Origin: Eledone cirrhosa | Lineage: Eukaryota | Direction: 5' to 3' | Assembly: GCA_964016885.1 (NCBI GenBank) | Contig: OZ024745.1 | Span: forward strand, 48,174,001-48,238,000 | Length of the DNA: 64,000 nt | Shown here: positions 13,848 through 27,100 of the stretch, piece by piece | Numbering within the stretch: position 1 is the stretch's first letter | Layout: each line of letters opens with the position of its first letter | Notes under the pieces: model-generated | Told to the model about the DNA's origin: nothing | What the model saw: the letters and a program-made list of their open reading frames with translations, nothing else | Database searches by the model: none | Program-made: the position numbers and the translations under genes

Positions 13848-16800
13848 CTATATCTATATATATATATATATATGCCACAAAACATTTTGTTGAATGTTTT
13901 AATGATTCCACTAATCCACCTCCTTGGACTGGTTCTTTATTTTATTGACGACAAAAAGATGAAAGGCAAAGTTAACCTCAGTGGTATTTGAACTCAGAAT
14001 GCAGAGAGCTGTAACAAGGCATTTTATCCAATGCTCTGATGACTACCAAAGATATTCTTTTACTTGTTTCAGTCACTAGACTGTGAACATGCTGGAGCAC
14101 CTCCTTCATTTAGTCAATCATCACCTTGACATAAAAGCAAAAATTGAAATTAACCAAGTATTGTTTCGATAATGAATAACTGTTAAATATTTTGCATTTC
14201 CAATGTCATTTTCTTGCTAAACGAATTGAGAGTATATAATTAACTAAACTCAGTAATGTTTTGTGTTTCTAGCATGTTTAATTCATTTTCCTTTTAGATA
14301 TACACAGATAAAAAGGAATACCATCCCAAGGAAAACATTGAGATAGAAATACATGGCAGAGCTGGTCAATATGTGGTATTATCATTTGTGGACAAGGCTA
14401 TGAATTACCTTAATAACAAACACAGAATCACAAAAGAATTTGTAAGTAAATATTTTTTCAACATTATATTAAATTGATCATTTTTCTGAATTACAAAGAC
14501 CTATGGGAGTAATATTTATCTCCAGTTTCCATTGCATTAAACAGATGAAAAATAAATATAATCCTGGATAGGACACTGCTCTATTGCTGGTAGCTTTTCC
14601 ATCAATCTCACAATAGTGCTGCTTTTTACAGATGTGAATTGTAAAGATAAATGGACCACCTTGGTTTTGATGATAAATGTTTCAGTTGTCCAGTCAATGA
14701 AATGGTCTATCATAAAACTGATGTGTTAGTGGCTGAGTATTTTACAGACCCATGTACTTTTAACATAATTCTCAGTTCAGCATGATACAGTGTATGACAA
14801 GGCTAGTCCTTTGAATTACTGACAAGCTTTCTAACAGTTTCTGTCTACATAAACTCACTCACAAGGCTTGGGTTGACCTGATTTGAAGCAAACTTCTTAA
14901 CTATTTGGTCATGCAGTCTCCATTAGTTGTGAATTATCCCGCAATACCTACCTACACCCACTGTCCTGTTGTTTATTTTCTGAACAGCCACTATCATATA
15001 TTTTAGTTATTGCCTGTTTATTCCATTTCTATCATCCATTCCATCTCCAATTTAATTTACAGTATTTTCCAACATTACACAATGTATTGCATCTTAATAG
15101 AGGTTGTGAAAGCCCTATTTCAGACAATGGAAAAACAGTCTATATCTAAATGGAATTTGAGAGGTCAACCAATAACTTCATTTGGTATAAAGAGGATGGC
15201 TAATAATTAGCTTAGTGATTACAAAACAACATAATAATGGTGCATTTGCAAATGGGCGATTATTCAAGAGCCAAAAGTACATGAAAACAGCGCTTTGGCA
15301 GCGTCATTAGAATGTTGGATAGAATGCTTTGTGATACTCATTCCAGTTCTCTGCACTCCTTCAGTCCAAATCCTACTGAAGTCAACTTTGTCTTTCATCT
15401 TTTAATAAAAAGACTGATAAAAAATGTACCAGTCTAGTACTGAGTGCAAGTCTTCCTCTATATCTCTTTCTCACTTCCTTTCTATCACTCTTTCTTACCT
15501 TCTCTGAAAGAAATGAGCCGTGTTCAGACTTGGAGAGAAGATAGGCTTCCCAGGTTTAAAGTATCCAAGACATGCTGTATGTTACTATGGCACTCCTATG
15601 TCTCTATCAGAAGTTATGAGTCCATACATACTAACTTACATGAATTGCCTATGTATTACTTTTAGTTTTCTTTTTTTTAATTCACATTTCTTAATAGCAA
15701 AGCTATAGGTTAATTATGGCCAACCCTGTATATGCTTCATAGATGAACACAAAACAGATTCAAGGATCTGAACTGTTTAACAATGAAATAATAAATTCTA
15801 CAACACATATTTTAGATAAATTGTATATAAAATGAAATTTTAAAGTATATTATATGAAACTGTTTGTTATTTTTAAAATTGTGTTCTTTCTATGGATTTA
15901 CCATTTGTAGGTAAGAGACCAAATGCTTTTGAATCTTGAAACAGATGGAATGTTGAACAATGATGTAAGTTTAGAATATATCTTTTTTTGTCAGTTTGGA
16001 TTTTAGTTTTTTTTTTTCCTCTTTTCTATAGAAAATTTTTAATTTATTAATTAATCTATATTTTCAAATAATTCAAATTGTAGTATCGTTAATTAAAATG
16101 ATTTCTATGAGAACTTATGTAACCAAGCTCATTTGAGCCCCCAGCTCATTTGAGCACCGGATAGAGTATGGAAATGTAGGTAAGTGAGATGCAGGCTCAC
16201 AACTTATTTGAGAGGTCAGTAGCTTTACTTGCATACTGGCTTGGCCTGTTATGACCCATCCAACCTTTACTAGCAGGAAAAACTGATGTTAAATGATGAT
16301 GATGATGGATGCATGCATCATATTATCATTTATAGAGCTGTATTCATCTTGACTTTCAGCACTTTTCTTTTTAATTAACTCACCTCAAGCAAGGCAATAA
16401 AGCTACTAAAATACAAAGGTTTGTTGAGAATGGAAAATGCAAGGGTTTATTGAGAATGGAAAAGGACAAAACAGAGAGAACATAATGCAAGAAAAGAAAA
16501 AAAGATGATGATTGATGTTACTTTTGGTGGTGGTGAGGAGGAGGCAAAGGGGGAGGAAGGCAAAAGAAGGAGGAGGAAGTGGAGGAGAGGCAGAAGGACA
16601 GTTGTTGTTGATTTGTATTTGAACTTTTCATAATTCCTCTTTGTTACATCATTCACATTTTTTTCACAACTGATTTTCCATGCTGGCATGGGTTGGATGG
16701 GACATTTTGAAAAAGATTTTGATGGTCAGCTACTCTTCATTTTGTCAACTATTTTTATTTAATATGCAAACATATGGTGTACTCATTCTAAAATAACAAA

Positions 16801-19800
16801 TGTTTTTGTTTTTTTGATATTCAAAATATTTTCAATATAACAAGTATTTCAAGGCCATTTTCAATATAACAAGTATTTCAAGGCCATTTTCCCTGCTAAA
16901 GAAGTTAGCTTCTCAGGGCCCCATAATAAGCTTCTCCATTTTTCCCTCTTGTTTGCATATGCCTTTCCAATGCACTGGCTTTCATTTCCTTCTTCATCTT
17001 TAGCCATATCTTTCTTGGTCATCCCCTTCCTCTACTTCCTTCCTCAGTCACTTTCATCCTTCTCCACTACATGATCCAACCATCTCATTCCATTTCTCTT
17101 CACAACATTCACTTGAGTGTAATTTATTAATGACTTTTTTTTTTTTTTTTACTTTGTAGAATTTTAAACTATCTATAGTTCAGGATTATGACAGAACATT
17201 CTTGCAGAGAAAGAAAAGACAAGATGCAACAATATCCCGTGAGGTTCCTGTTACCACTCCGAAGCAATTTAATCATTTGGTATCTAATATATTTTAACTA
17301 TTTCATTGTAAATGAGCTTTTTAAATGAACACTTACTCTTCCAATTTATCCACTAAAAATACTTTATAAAATTTTGAGTCAAAGAAAGAAGAGCAATGCC
17401 TATGATACCTTCCAGGGCCTCCAAGACCTGTGGAAGTGAGGGAGGAAGGTATCTTTAAAACCAGAGACCTGGCTCAAATATTTTCAACAGAGCAGGCTTT
17501 GCTAAAAGCACCCAAAGTGCACCTGGGTGATGGATTAAGTCTACCATTCAAGAGGGTGGCAACAAGATTTGAACTCAAAATACAAACAGCTGGAAAAAAT
17601 ACTGCTCTAACGATTTGGCCAGTCCAAACTTAGCAGACAGAACCCCAAAAAATACTGGAAGGCATTTTATCTTAGATTCTAACAACTCCACCAATTCAAC
17701 ATCTAATTCATCATCATCCTCATCATTACCATCATCATCTCCAACAGCAATAATAGGACAGTTGTAACCATGTGGGTAAAAATTTGATTTCCTAACCATG
17801 TGGGTCTAAGTTTGATCCCACTATTCAGTACATTACAGTAGAAAAGGAGTAGACATAAACTCCATATGGTGTACACAATGTAAACCTTGGGTACACAAGA
17901 GATGTAGTGGAATAATGGGTAGACTAACAAGAAAGGAAGACTTTGTATGTAGAAGATGCACAGGAGTAATCAAGGGGAAGAGCAGCATTAATATAAACCT
18001 CTTCAAGTCAAGAGAAGGGTCCATAGAAGTGGTTGGTAGCTTTTGCTGTCTAAGTGACATAACCAGCTGTGGAGGAGGGTGCTCTGGGAGCATAATAGCT
18101 AGAATAAGGATAGGATGGAAGAAGTTTAGAGAGCTACTCTCACGGTTGACAACAAAAGGTTTCTCCCTACATACAATATAATGCCTGTGTGAGAAGTGGA
18201 ATGCTGCATGGTAGTGAAACATGGGCAGTGGCTGCAGAGGACATGTATAGACTGGAGAGAAATGCTCTGATGGATGTGCAATGTAAATGTGAGAAAAAGG
18301 CAGAACTTGGATGAACTGAAGGAGAAACTGGGTTTAAGGGGAATCCAAGGTGGTGTGCTGGAGAGAAGACAGGATTGGTATGGGCGTGTGATGTGCATGA
18401 ATGATGATTGATGGGTGAAGAAGTGCCAGTAAATGCTAGTAGAAGGGAGCTGCAGTAGAGGTAGACTGAGAAAGACCTAGGCAGAGGTAGCGAGAGCTGA
18501 CCTTGAATTGTTGAGAGTCACAGAGGAGATGACAAAGAAACGCAGTAAGTGGATATACACTGTGCTGAGAAGGAACTATCCAACCCATGCAAGCATGGAA
18601 AAACTGACCTAAAAACGATGATGATGATGAGCTGAGGTTTGAATTTTGTTAGATATTCACTTACTCATTTGACCTATGAGGAATATTGTATCCTGAACTT
18701 ACTAATAACAACCTTAGTCTTGACTAAATAGTTTTGTATAATAGTTAAATAGGAGATAACATGATCTATGGTGACAGTAATTATGTTTCATTTGGCGAGC
18801 TTCACTGTTACAATTAACTTAATGTTCTCAATTAGTGCACTATTCCATGTCCTGGTAAGTATAACAATTATTACGACACTCCTATGTGATTGCTAATTGT
18901 TCTAACTGCTAGATGGTTTCCTGGAATACTATTGTGTCAGTTTTGTTCATTCTTTATGTTATGGTCCTATTTTCCAACTAATGATGTATATTTATTTACC
19001 CTTTTTTTGACACACACACACACACGCACACGCACACACTACCTTGAAAATCTCCTGCTAGATTTGAAGGTGTTTTCACTGGGATATTTGTTAAACTGGT
19101 TTTCCTTCTTGTTTGTTAATCCTGTTTGTATATCAGATACAAATTCATTGTTTGCCCATATATAACAGAATTATGATTCTGTCATCAACTTTAACACCCT
19201 AACATTTTAGACACAATTATATCTCGGCAACTTTGCCACTCTCCTACCCCTTCCCCCTTTCACATTTTGCTTCTCATCTCTGACCTCTTAATTTTGTTTT
19301 TTTCATGCCATAGTATAAGCTATTAATTTGAGAAAATGATTATAGGTTTCATGCAGCTGCCACTATGGAAAAGCAGTGTTGATTGATGTGCTATTAACAT
19401 TACATGATTAAAAATCTCATACTAATTAAAGCTGAAATGAGTTGTCATAAAAATTTGTGAAGATAATTTTTCTAATGATGAAATCATAGGTGTAGATGAA
19501 TGGCTTGTGAGAGCTATACAAGTTATGTATAATGAAACAGTCAGTAAAGTTAAAATTAACAATGAATATTGTGAAGAATTTAGTGTAAAAGTTGGTGTTC
19601 ACCAAGGCTCTGTCCTTAGCCCCCTCCTATTTATTATTGCCCTTCAGGCTATAACAGAGGAGTTCAAGACCGGCTGCCCATGGGAACTCCTATACGCAGA
19701 TGATCTAACGCTCATAGCTGAATCAATGGCCGAACTAGAAAAGAAATTCCAAACATGGAAGCATGGCCTAGAATCAAAAGGCCTTAAAGTTAACTTGTCT

Positions 19801-21091
19801 AAGACTAAAGTCCTAGTTTGTAGAAAGGAAAATAAGGCACAGGTACCCTCAGGGAAATGGCCTTGCTCAGTGTGTAGAAAAGGAGTAGGCAGAAATTCAA
19901 TTTTATGTCCCAAATGCAAAGTATGAGTACATAAAAGATGTAGTGAGATCACAGGTAAACTATCTAAGAACGTAGACTTTATATGTGGCCGATGCTTAGG
20001 TGCAATAGGTAGCAAGTGTCCACAGGATACTAGCCCTTTCTATTGCCCAGATGGTCCTATAGAAATAGTAGACACTTTCCGTTACCTGGGTGATGAAATC
20101 AGCAGTGGTGGAGGGTGCTCTGAAAGTACAGTAGCCAGAGTCAGAACGGGATGGAAAAAGTTCCGAGAGCTTATACCGCTGTTGGCCACAAAAGGTTTCT
20201 CTCTAAAAATGAAAGGCAGATTGTATGATGCTTGTATACGAACAGCAATGTTACATGGCAGTGAGACATGGGCATTGTGTGCAGAGGACCTGCGCAGACT
20301 GGAGAGGAACGAAGCATGCATGCTCCGTTGGATGTGTAATAGTAACATACGTGAACGGCAAAGCATAAATGAACTAAGTGAGAAATTAGGAATAAGAGGG
20401 ATCAGATGCTGTTTACTCGAGAGAAGACTACGTTGGTATGGCCACGTGATGCGCATGAAAGACGACAGCTGTATAAAAAAGTGCAGGGCGATCAAAATTG
20501 ATGGTAGTTACGGAGTAGGTAGACCCAGAAAAACCTGGGACAATCTGATAAATTCCGACCTTACACACTTTCACCTCTCTAATACAATGTCACTGGACCG
20601 ACATCTTTGGCGCTACGTAGTAATACAGAAGACCCACCTTGCCTATATACAAAGCGAAACCTACAGTCAGTAGGCACCTCTTAACCAAATATACACCCCA
20701 ATCCACTACCCCTACCCTATCCTCCCACTCCCACCAACACCACCCCCTCTCTATAAAGTTGGTACCACAACATCCAGTCCAAATAAATGAGATAAATGAG
20801 ATCGAGATCGTGTAGGTGTCACAAGAAAAAACACACAGTCCACGCTGTAATGTGGCCATGTAGGTAACACGGTAAAAAGTTCCCAGTTCCACACTGTAAA
20901 TGTGGTTGGTGTTAGGAAGGGCATCCAGCCGTAGAAACCTGCCAGATAGTCCTATATGAGCAAGACACAGTCACCCGACCAACCTTGCCTCAAGTGGGAC
21001 AATTCCCGTCTAACCCATGCTAGCGTGGAAAGTGGACGTTAAACGAGGATGATGATGATGATGATGATATAAAACTGAGGATGTCTGTCTC

Positions 21092-21124
<33 letters not shown>

Positions 21125-24100
21125 GTGCATGTGCACGCGAGTTTGTATCCCTAAAACTCGAGAAGTACCCAACCGATCTTTTTCAAACTTTACATGTGTA
21201 TTACTTATATTTCAGGGAGCGTTATGCACATAAAAAAACTCAATATTTTGATCCCCTGGGGCCCGCATTAGGAGAAAAACTGCATTTTTTCAGCTTTTTA
21301 GGGGTTTTTTGAGGCGTTACGTCAGACCGATTTCCTTGAAATTGTAACTATGTATTAGTCAGTCTCTTCTTCAATACCGTGAGCAAAGAAAATCCAACTT
21401 TTTAATCGTCTAGGGCCTGCATTAGGTGAAAAACTTCATTTTTTCAGCGTTTTTAGGGCTTTTTTGAGGTGGGTACGTCTAGCCAATTTTCCAGAAATTT
21501 CAAAGAATATTATGCACATAAAAAAAATCATTTTCTTGATCCCCTAGGGCCCGCATTTGGTGAAAACCTGCATTTTTCCTGCTTCATCGAGGAAAATCTT
21601 AAAGATTATCCAGCCATCAGAGTATTCGGTTTATTTTCTTTACATATTGTCGAGGCATGCAGTTTTTCCACGATTAGGTCTGTTGGCGGCCCGCGTTCCA
21701 AAATACCTTATCCCGTGCAATGCCGGGTACCACTGCTAGTGATAAATAAATTTGGTACAATATGTCACCAAAGTTAATGAGAAGTATCTAGAGCAATAAT
21801 TATACAAGGTTACAGGGCAGCAATTTGGCAGAGCCTCTGACAAATGCTTAGCAGTTTTTGTTCCAGTTCAGAGTTCAAATCCTGCCACTTGTCAACTTCG
21901 CCTTTCATCCTTCCAGTGTTTATAAAATAAAATACCAGTCACATACTGGGGTTAATTTAATCAATTTTCCCTCCTATTTATATTTGTAGATAGAAAATCC
22001 TCAAGTGCCTGGGAACTTTGAATATATGTTTAATGATAATGAAAATTTTATTGAAGATAGTAAGTATAATTTTATATACAACTAATCTCATATACTTTTG
22101 ATGTTATTTTACTTTTGCTTTAGTACTATTGACTTGGTTGTGGTGAAGTACGGACATGGTTTGAGATGACCCATCTAACCCTTGCTATCAGAGAAAACGG
22201 ACATTAAATAATGACGATATATTTTGCAAAGTGATTCAAAAGTTATTATCTCATTTATTCTCCCTTTAAGGGTTTGATAATCATCATCATTATCATCATC
22301 ATCATTACTGTTTAATGTCCATTTTCCACACTAGCATGGGTTAGACAAGTTGTCCTACTGTGAGACAAGTCAGATCAGGTGATCACGTCTTGCTCATACA
22401 GAACTATTTCTGGTTTGGTTTCTATGGCTAGATGCCCTTTCCTAACACCAACCTCATTTACAGTGTTGACTGGGTGCTTTTTATCATGGCACCAAAATGA
22501 CCAACTAACAGGTTATATTAGGTACTTTTTCATTGTGTCACAAGGATAATCATTATTGTTTGGCATAAACCTTTGTACCTATATATATCTTTCATGTGAA
22601 TTTCCCATATTTTTTATAAGTTGTTTATTTGAATTAATACATTGTTTTTGTTGACTTGGAGAAAGCCTTTGATAGAGTCCCCCCCGCTCCATTATCTGGT
22701 GGGCTCTTAGAAAACTAGGTGTTGATGAATGGCTTGTGAGAGCTATACAAGCCATGTATAAAGAAACAGTCAGTAAAGTTAGAATTAACAACGAATATAG
22801 TGAAGAGTTTAGCGTAAAAGTTGGTGTTCATCAGGGCTCCGTTCTTAAACCCCTTCTATTTATTATTGCCCTTCAGGCTATAACAGAGGAGTTCAAGACC
22901 GGCTGCCCATGGGAACTCCTATACGCAGATGATCTAACGCTCATAGCTGAATCAATGGCTGAACTAGAGAAGAAATTCCAAACATGGAAGCACGGCCTAG
23001 AATCAAAAGGCCTTAAAATTAACTTGTCTAAGACTAAAGTTCTAGTTTGTAGGAAGGAAAATAGGGCACGGGTCCCATCTGGGAAATGGCCATGCTCAGT
23101 GTGTAGGAATGGAGTAGGCAGCAACTCCATTTTATGTCCAAAATGCAAAGTATGGGTGCATAAAAGATGTAGTGGGATCACAGGTAAGCTAACTAAGAAT
23201 ATAGATTTTATATGTGGCCGGTGCTCAGGTGCAATAAGTAGCAGCAAGTGCCCACAGAATACTAGCTCATTCCATTGCACAGATGGTTCTATAGAAATAG
23301 TGGACACCTTCCGTTACCTGGGTGACAAAATCAGCAGTGGTGGAGGGTGCTCTGAAAGTACAGTAGCTAGAGTCAGAACGGGATGGAAAAAGTTCAGAGA
23401 GCTTATACCACTATTGGCCGCTAAAGGGTTCTCTCTAAAAATGAAAGGCAGGCTGTATGATGCCTGCATACGAACAGCAATGTTACATGGCAGTGAGACA
23501 TGGGCATTGTGTGCAGAGGATATACGCAGACTGGAGAGGAACGAAGCTTGCATGCTCCGCTGGATGTGTAATAGTAATATACGTGAACGGCAAAGCATAA
23601 ACGAACTAAGGGAGAAATTAGGAATAAGAGGGATCAGATGTTGTTTACTCGAGAGAAGACTACGTTGGTACAGTCACGTGATGCGCATGAAAGACGACAG
23701 CTGTATAAAAAAGTGCAGGGCGATCAAAACAGACGGTAGCTCCGGAGTAGGCAGACCCAGAAAAACCTGGGACGACTTGATAAATTCCGACCTCACACAC
23801 TTACACCTCTCCAAGACAATGTCACTGAACCGAGATCTTTGGCGCTACACAGTAATACAGAAGACCCACCTTGCCTAAGTACAAAGCGAAACCTACAGTC
23901 AGTAGGCACCTCTAACAAAAATACACCCCCGTTCCACTACCCCCACCCTATCCACACCACCCCTTTCAATGTAAAGTTATGTTGGTACCACAACATCCAG
24001 TCCAAAACAAATGAGGTCGTGTAGGTGTCACGACAAAAAAAACACAGTCCACGCTGTAATGTGGCCGTGTAGGTAACACGGTAAAAACCTCCCAGTCCAC

Positions 24101-27100
24101 ACTGTAAACGTGGTTGGTGTTAGGAAGGGCATCCAGCCGTAGAAAACCCGCCTGACAGTCCTATACGAGCAGGACAACCAATCTTGCCTCAAGTGGGAAA
24201 ATTCCCGTCCAAACCCATGCAAGCGTGGAAGATGGACGTTAAACGATGATGATGATGATGATGACATTGAGTATTTATGACAGCACACTTATGCTCCCAC
24301 CAGTTGTATTTACATCCTTTTGCCTCCTTTTGTTTTCAGATTCTGCTGACATCTTACCTGGTGAATTTTATGATCTGAAATTGAGGTGATATATATATAT
24401 ATTCCAAAATACTTTATGAGAAATTGTTTTGCAGAAATATGCAGTTTGATTATTGTGGATATTCAAGATAGTTATGATAGCAATGAGAACCTCAGTTATT
24501 TGAGTTGATAGTGTGGACCTTCCAGCTATATATTAAAGATTTCTTTTGATCAACTATGTTGTATCCACTTTGCCTTTCATCCTTTTGAGGTCAATAAAAA
24601 AAGTACCACTCATTTCTCCCCCCCCCCCCATAAAATTACAACAACAACAACAAAAAAACAAGTTGGCCACGTTCAAACCTGGAGAGGGTATGGGCTCTGC
24701 CCGGTTTTAAATGTCTATATCACTTATATCATAACAGCAACTCTATGACTTCATCAGGAGTTACAGGTCCATACATGCATAGAAAAGATATCTAATTCTC
24801 AATAGTTCATTCACTTTGTTGGCAAATTGACAGAATCATGAGAGGCAAGGTAAAATATCTTCAGGTATTTATTCCGGCCCTCTGTGCTGTGAGTTCAAAT
24901 TCGCCTTTCATTTGATATAATAAAGTATCAATCCATAACAGGATTATTGGAGCATTGGGCATGATGGCTTTAGGTATTTGTTCCAGTTTTTTTGGCTCTG
25001 GGTTCAAATCCGGTTGAGATCAAATTTGTCTTTTATCCTTTCAGGGAAAAGATATAATAAAGTATAAATCTAAGGCAGTGGCTTGACCTAATTGTTAGAG
25101 CATTGGTCAAGATGCCATGCAGTGTTTTTTTTTGGCTCTTTGCATTCTGAGTTTAAACCCTACTGTGGCCTACTTGGGTTCACACTGCCCCTTGACTCTT
25201 TGGTACCTTTAGCAGGGTTCACTCTGTTATAAATAATTGGGTCAGGTTTCCAATCTGAGGATATCTTCCGTCCTTATCAGTCTTTCAGGCCCTGTATAGG
25301 TTTGGGGCATTGGCCCCCACCACCCTGATTAAACAGTAAATTAGAACTATAGAAAAAAAAATGATTAAGCCATTTCATTTCATGTCTTTCACCAGTTTAC
25401 TGTGCGATAACATCTTCTGCAGTTCATGTAATTGTTACAAATGGTTTGCATCCTCAGATGTTTCTAATGTTAATCAACATTGAAAATATATAAAATGATG
25501 ATAATGATGAAGAAGAGGAAGTGGAGAAGGAGGATGATGATGATGATGATGATGAAGAGGAGGAGGATGTGTATGTTGAGCATGATTAGGATGTGAATGA
25601 AGATGATGATGGCGATGATAAAATAGATGGATTTTTCTTTGTAAAATTTCTGTAATATTTACATTTATAAAATGCCTTCTAAAATAATTTCTTCTGCCTT
25701 TTTTTTTTTTTATTTCAACAGAAATGATGGTATTTCCAAAATGAATTTCTCTTTACCAGATTATATTACAACTTGGGAGATTCAGACATTTGGAATTACT
25801 GATACTCATTTCTGTGTGGCTGAATTATTTGAAGTAAAAACTTTCAAAAGTTTTATGGTCAAACTGAAATTTCCTGAGTTTATAAAAATATTTGATTATG
25901 TTGCGATCAAGGTTTTTCTATATAATTATAAGAATACAGGCCTAAAAGTAAGTTCCAACATTACTTTTATATGTTAATGCTACAAGCTTTGCAATAGGTT
26001 TGAAGGTGAATATTTAAAATTGTACAAAAGTAATATTTAACATTGTTCAGATGATTGTATGTATATATATGTATGCATTTATATGTATGTATGTATATAT
26101 ATGTATGTATTTATATGCATGTATATACGAGTATATACAGTAATTTTGTGACACACTATAGTGTTGCAACCCAGTTTGAAAGCCTCAGCTCTAAATAATC
26201 AATCATAAAAAGTAATTCATATCTATATTTAATACCAGGAAGACTCCATAACTTGATAGCTTCTACTACCTAGGTGACTTAATTAGCAGTGGAGGAGGTT
26301 GTTCTGAGAACATAGTACACAGAATAAGAAAACGATGGAAAATGTTCATAGACCTCTGGTGACAACAGAAGGTTTCTCTTTATGAATGAAAGGTTAACTG
26401 TATGATGCCTATTTAACTGTATGATCCCTCGAATTCACTTATATAAGAAATTGACATTTATCCTTGTAGTTTTATGCAACAAACAAACAAATACATTTGT
26501 ATCTTTCTTTATTCCTAGGTAAAACTTACTCTTCATAAATCAACAGATCTTTGTTCATATAACAATAAAAAGGGACATTCATATCAAACAACTGTTAATA
26601 TTCAAGCAAATGAGACTACCTCTACCACTTTTGTGATTCGACCTATTTATTCAGGATATTTGCCCATCAAAGTCTCTGCTAAAGTGATTGAATCAAATTA
26701 TAATGAAATTGTTGAAGAGGAAATGTTTGTTCACAAAAATACTTCAAATGTAATTATTCTATTCCTTTATCTAACATCTCTGTTTTTTCATTGGCCAGAT
26801 GAGTATTAGCAATTAACTGTATTTCAATAACAATACTGAAACACACACACATATATATATATATATATATGAGAAAAGTCAACAAGGAACATGTAGTTTT
26901 GACACTATAGTGTCAAAACTACATGTTTTCACCTATATTTGAGTTCTAGTAGAAAGCAGGGTAAGGGAGCACTGTCTTGATAATGACCAGAGTCAGAAAT
27001 GACATTGTCGACAGTTACTCAGCCTTAGCTTCTGCTAGAATCTGCTGAAGACTTTCAAAATGTTTATTTGTAAACATACTGTATATCACTAGATATACAA

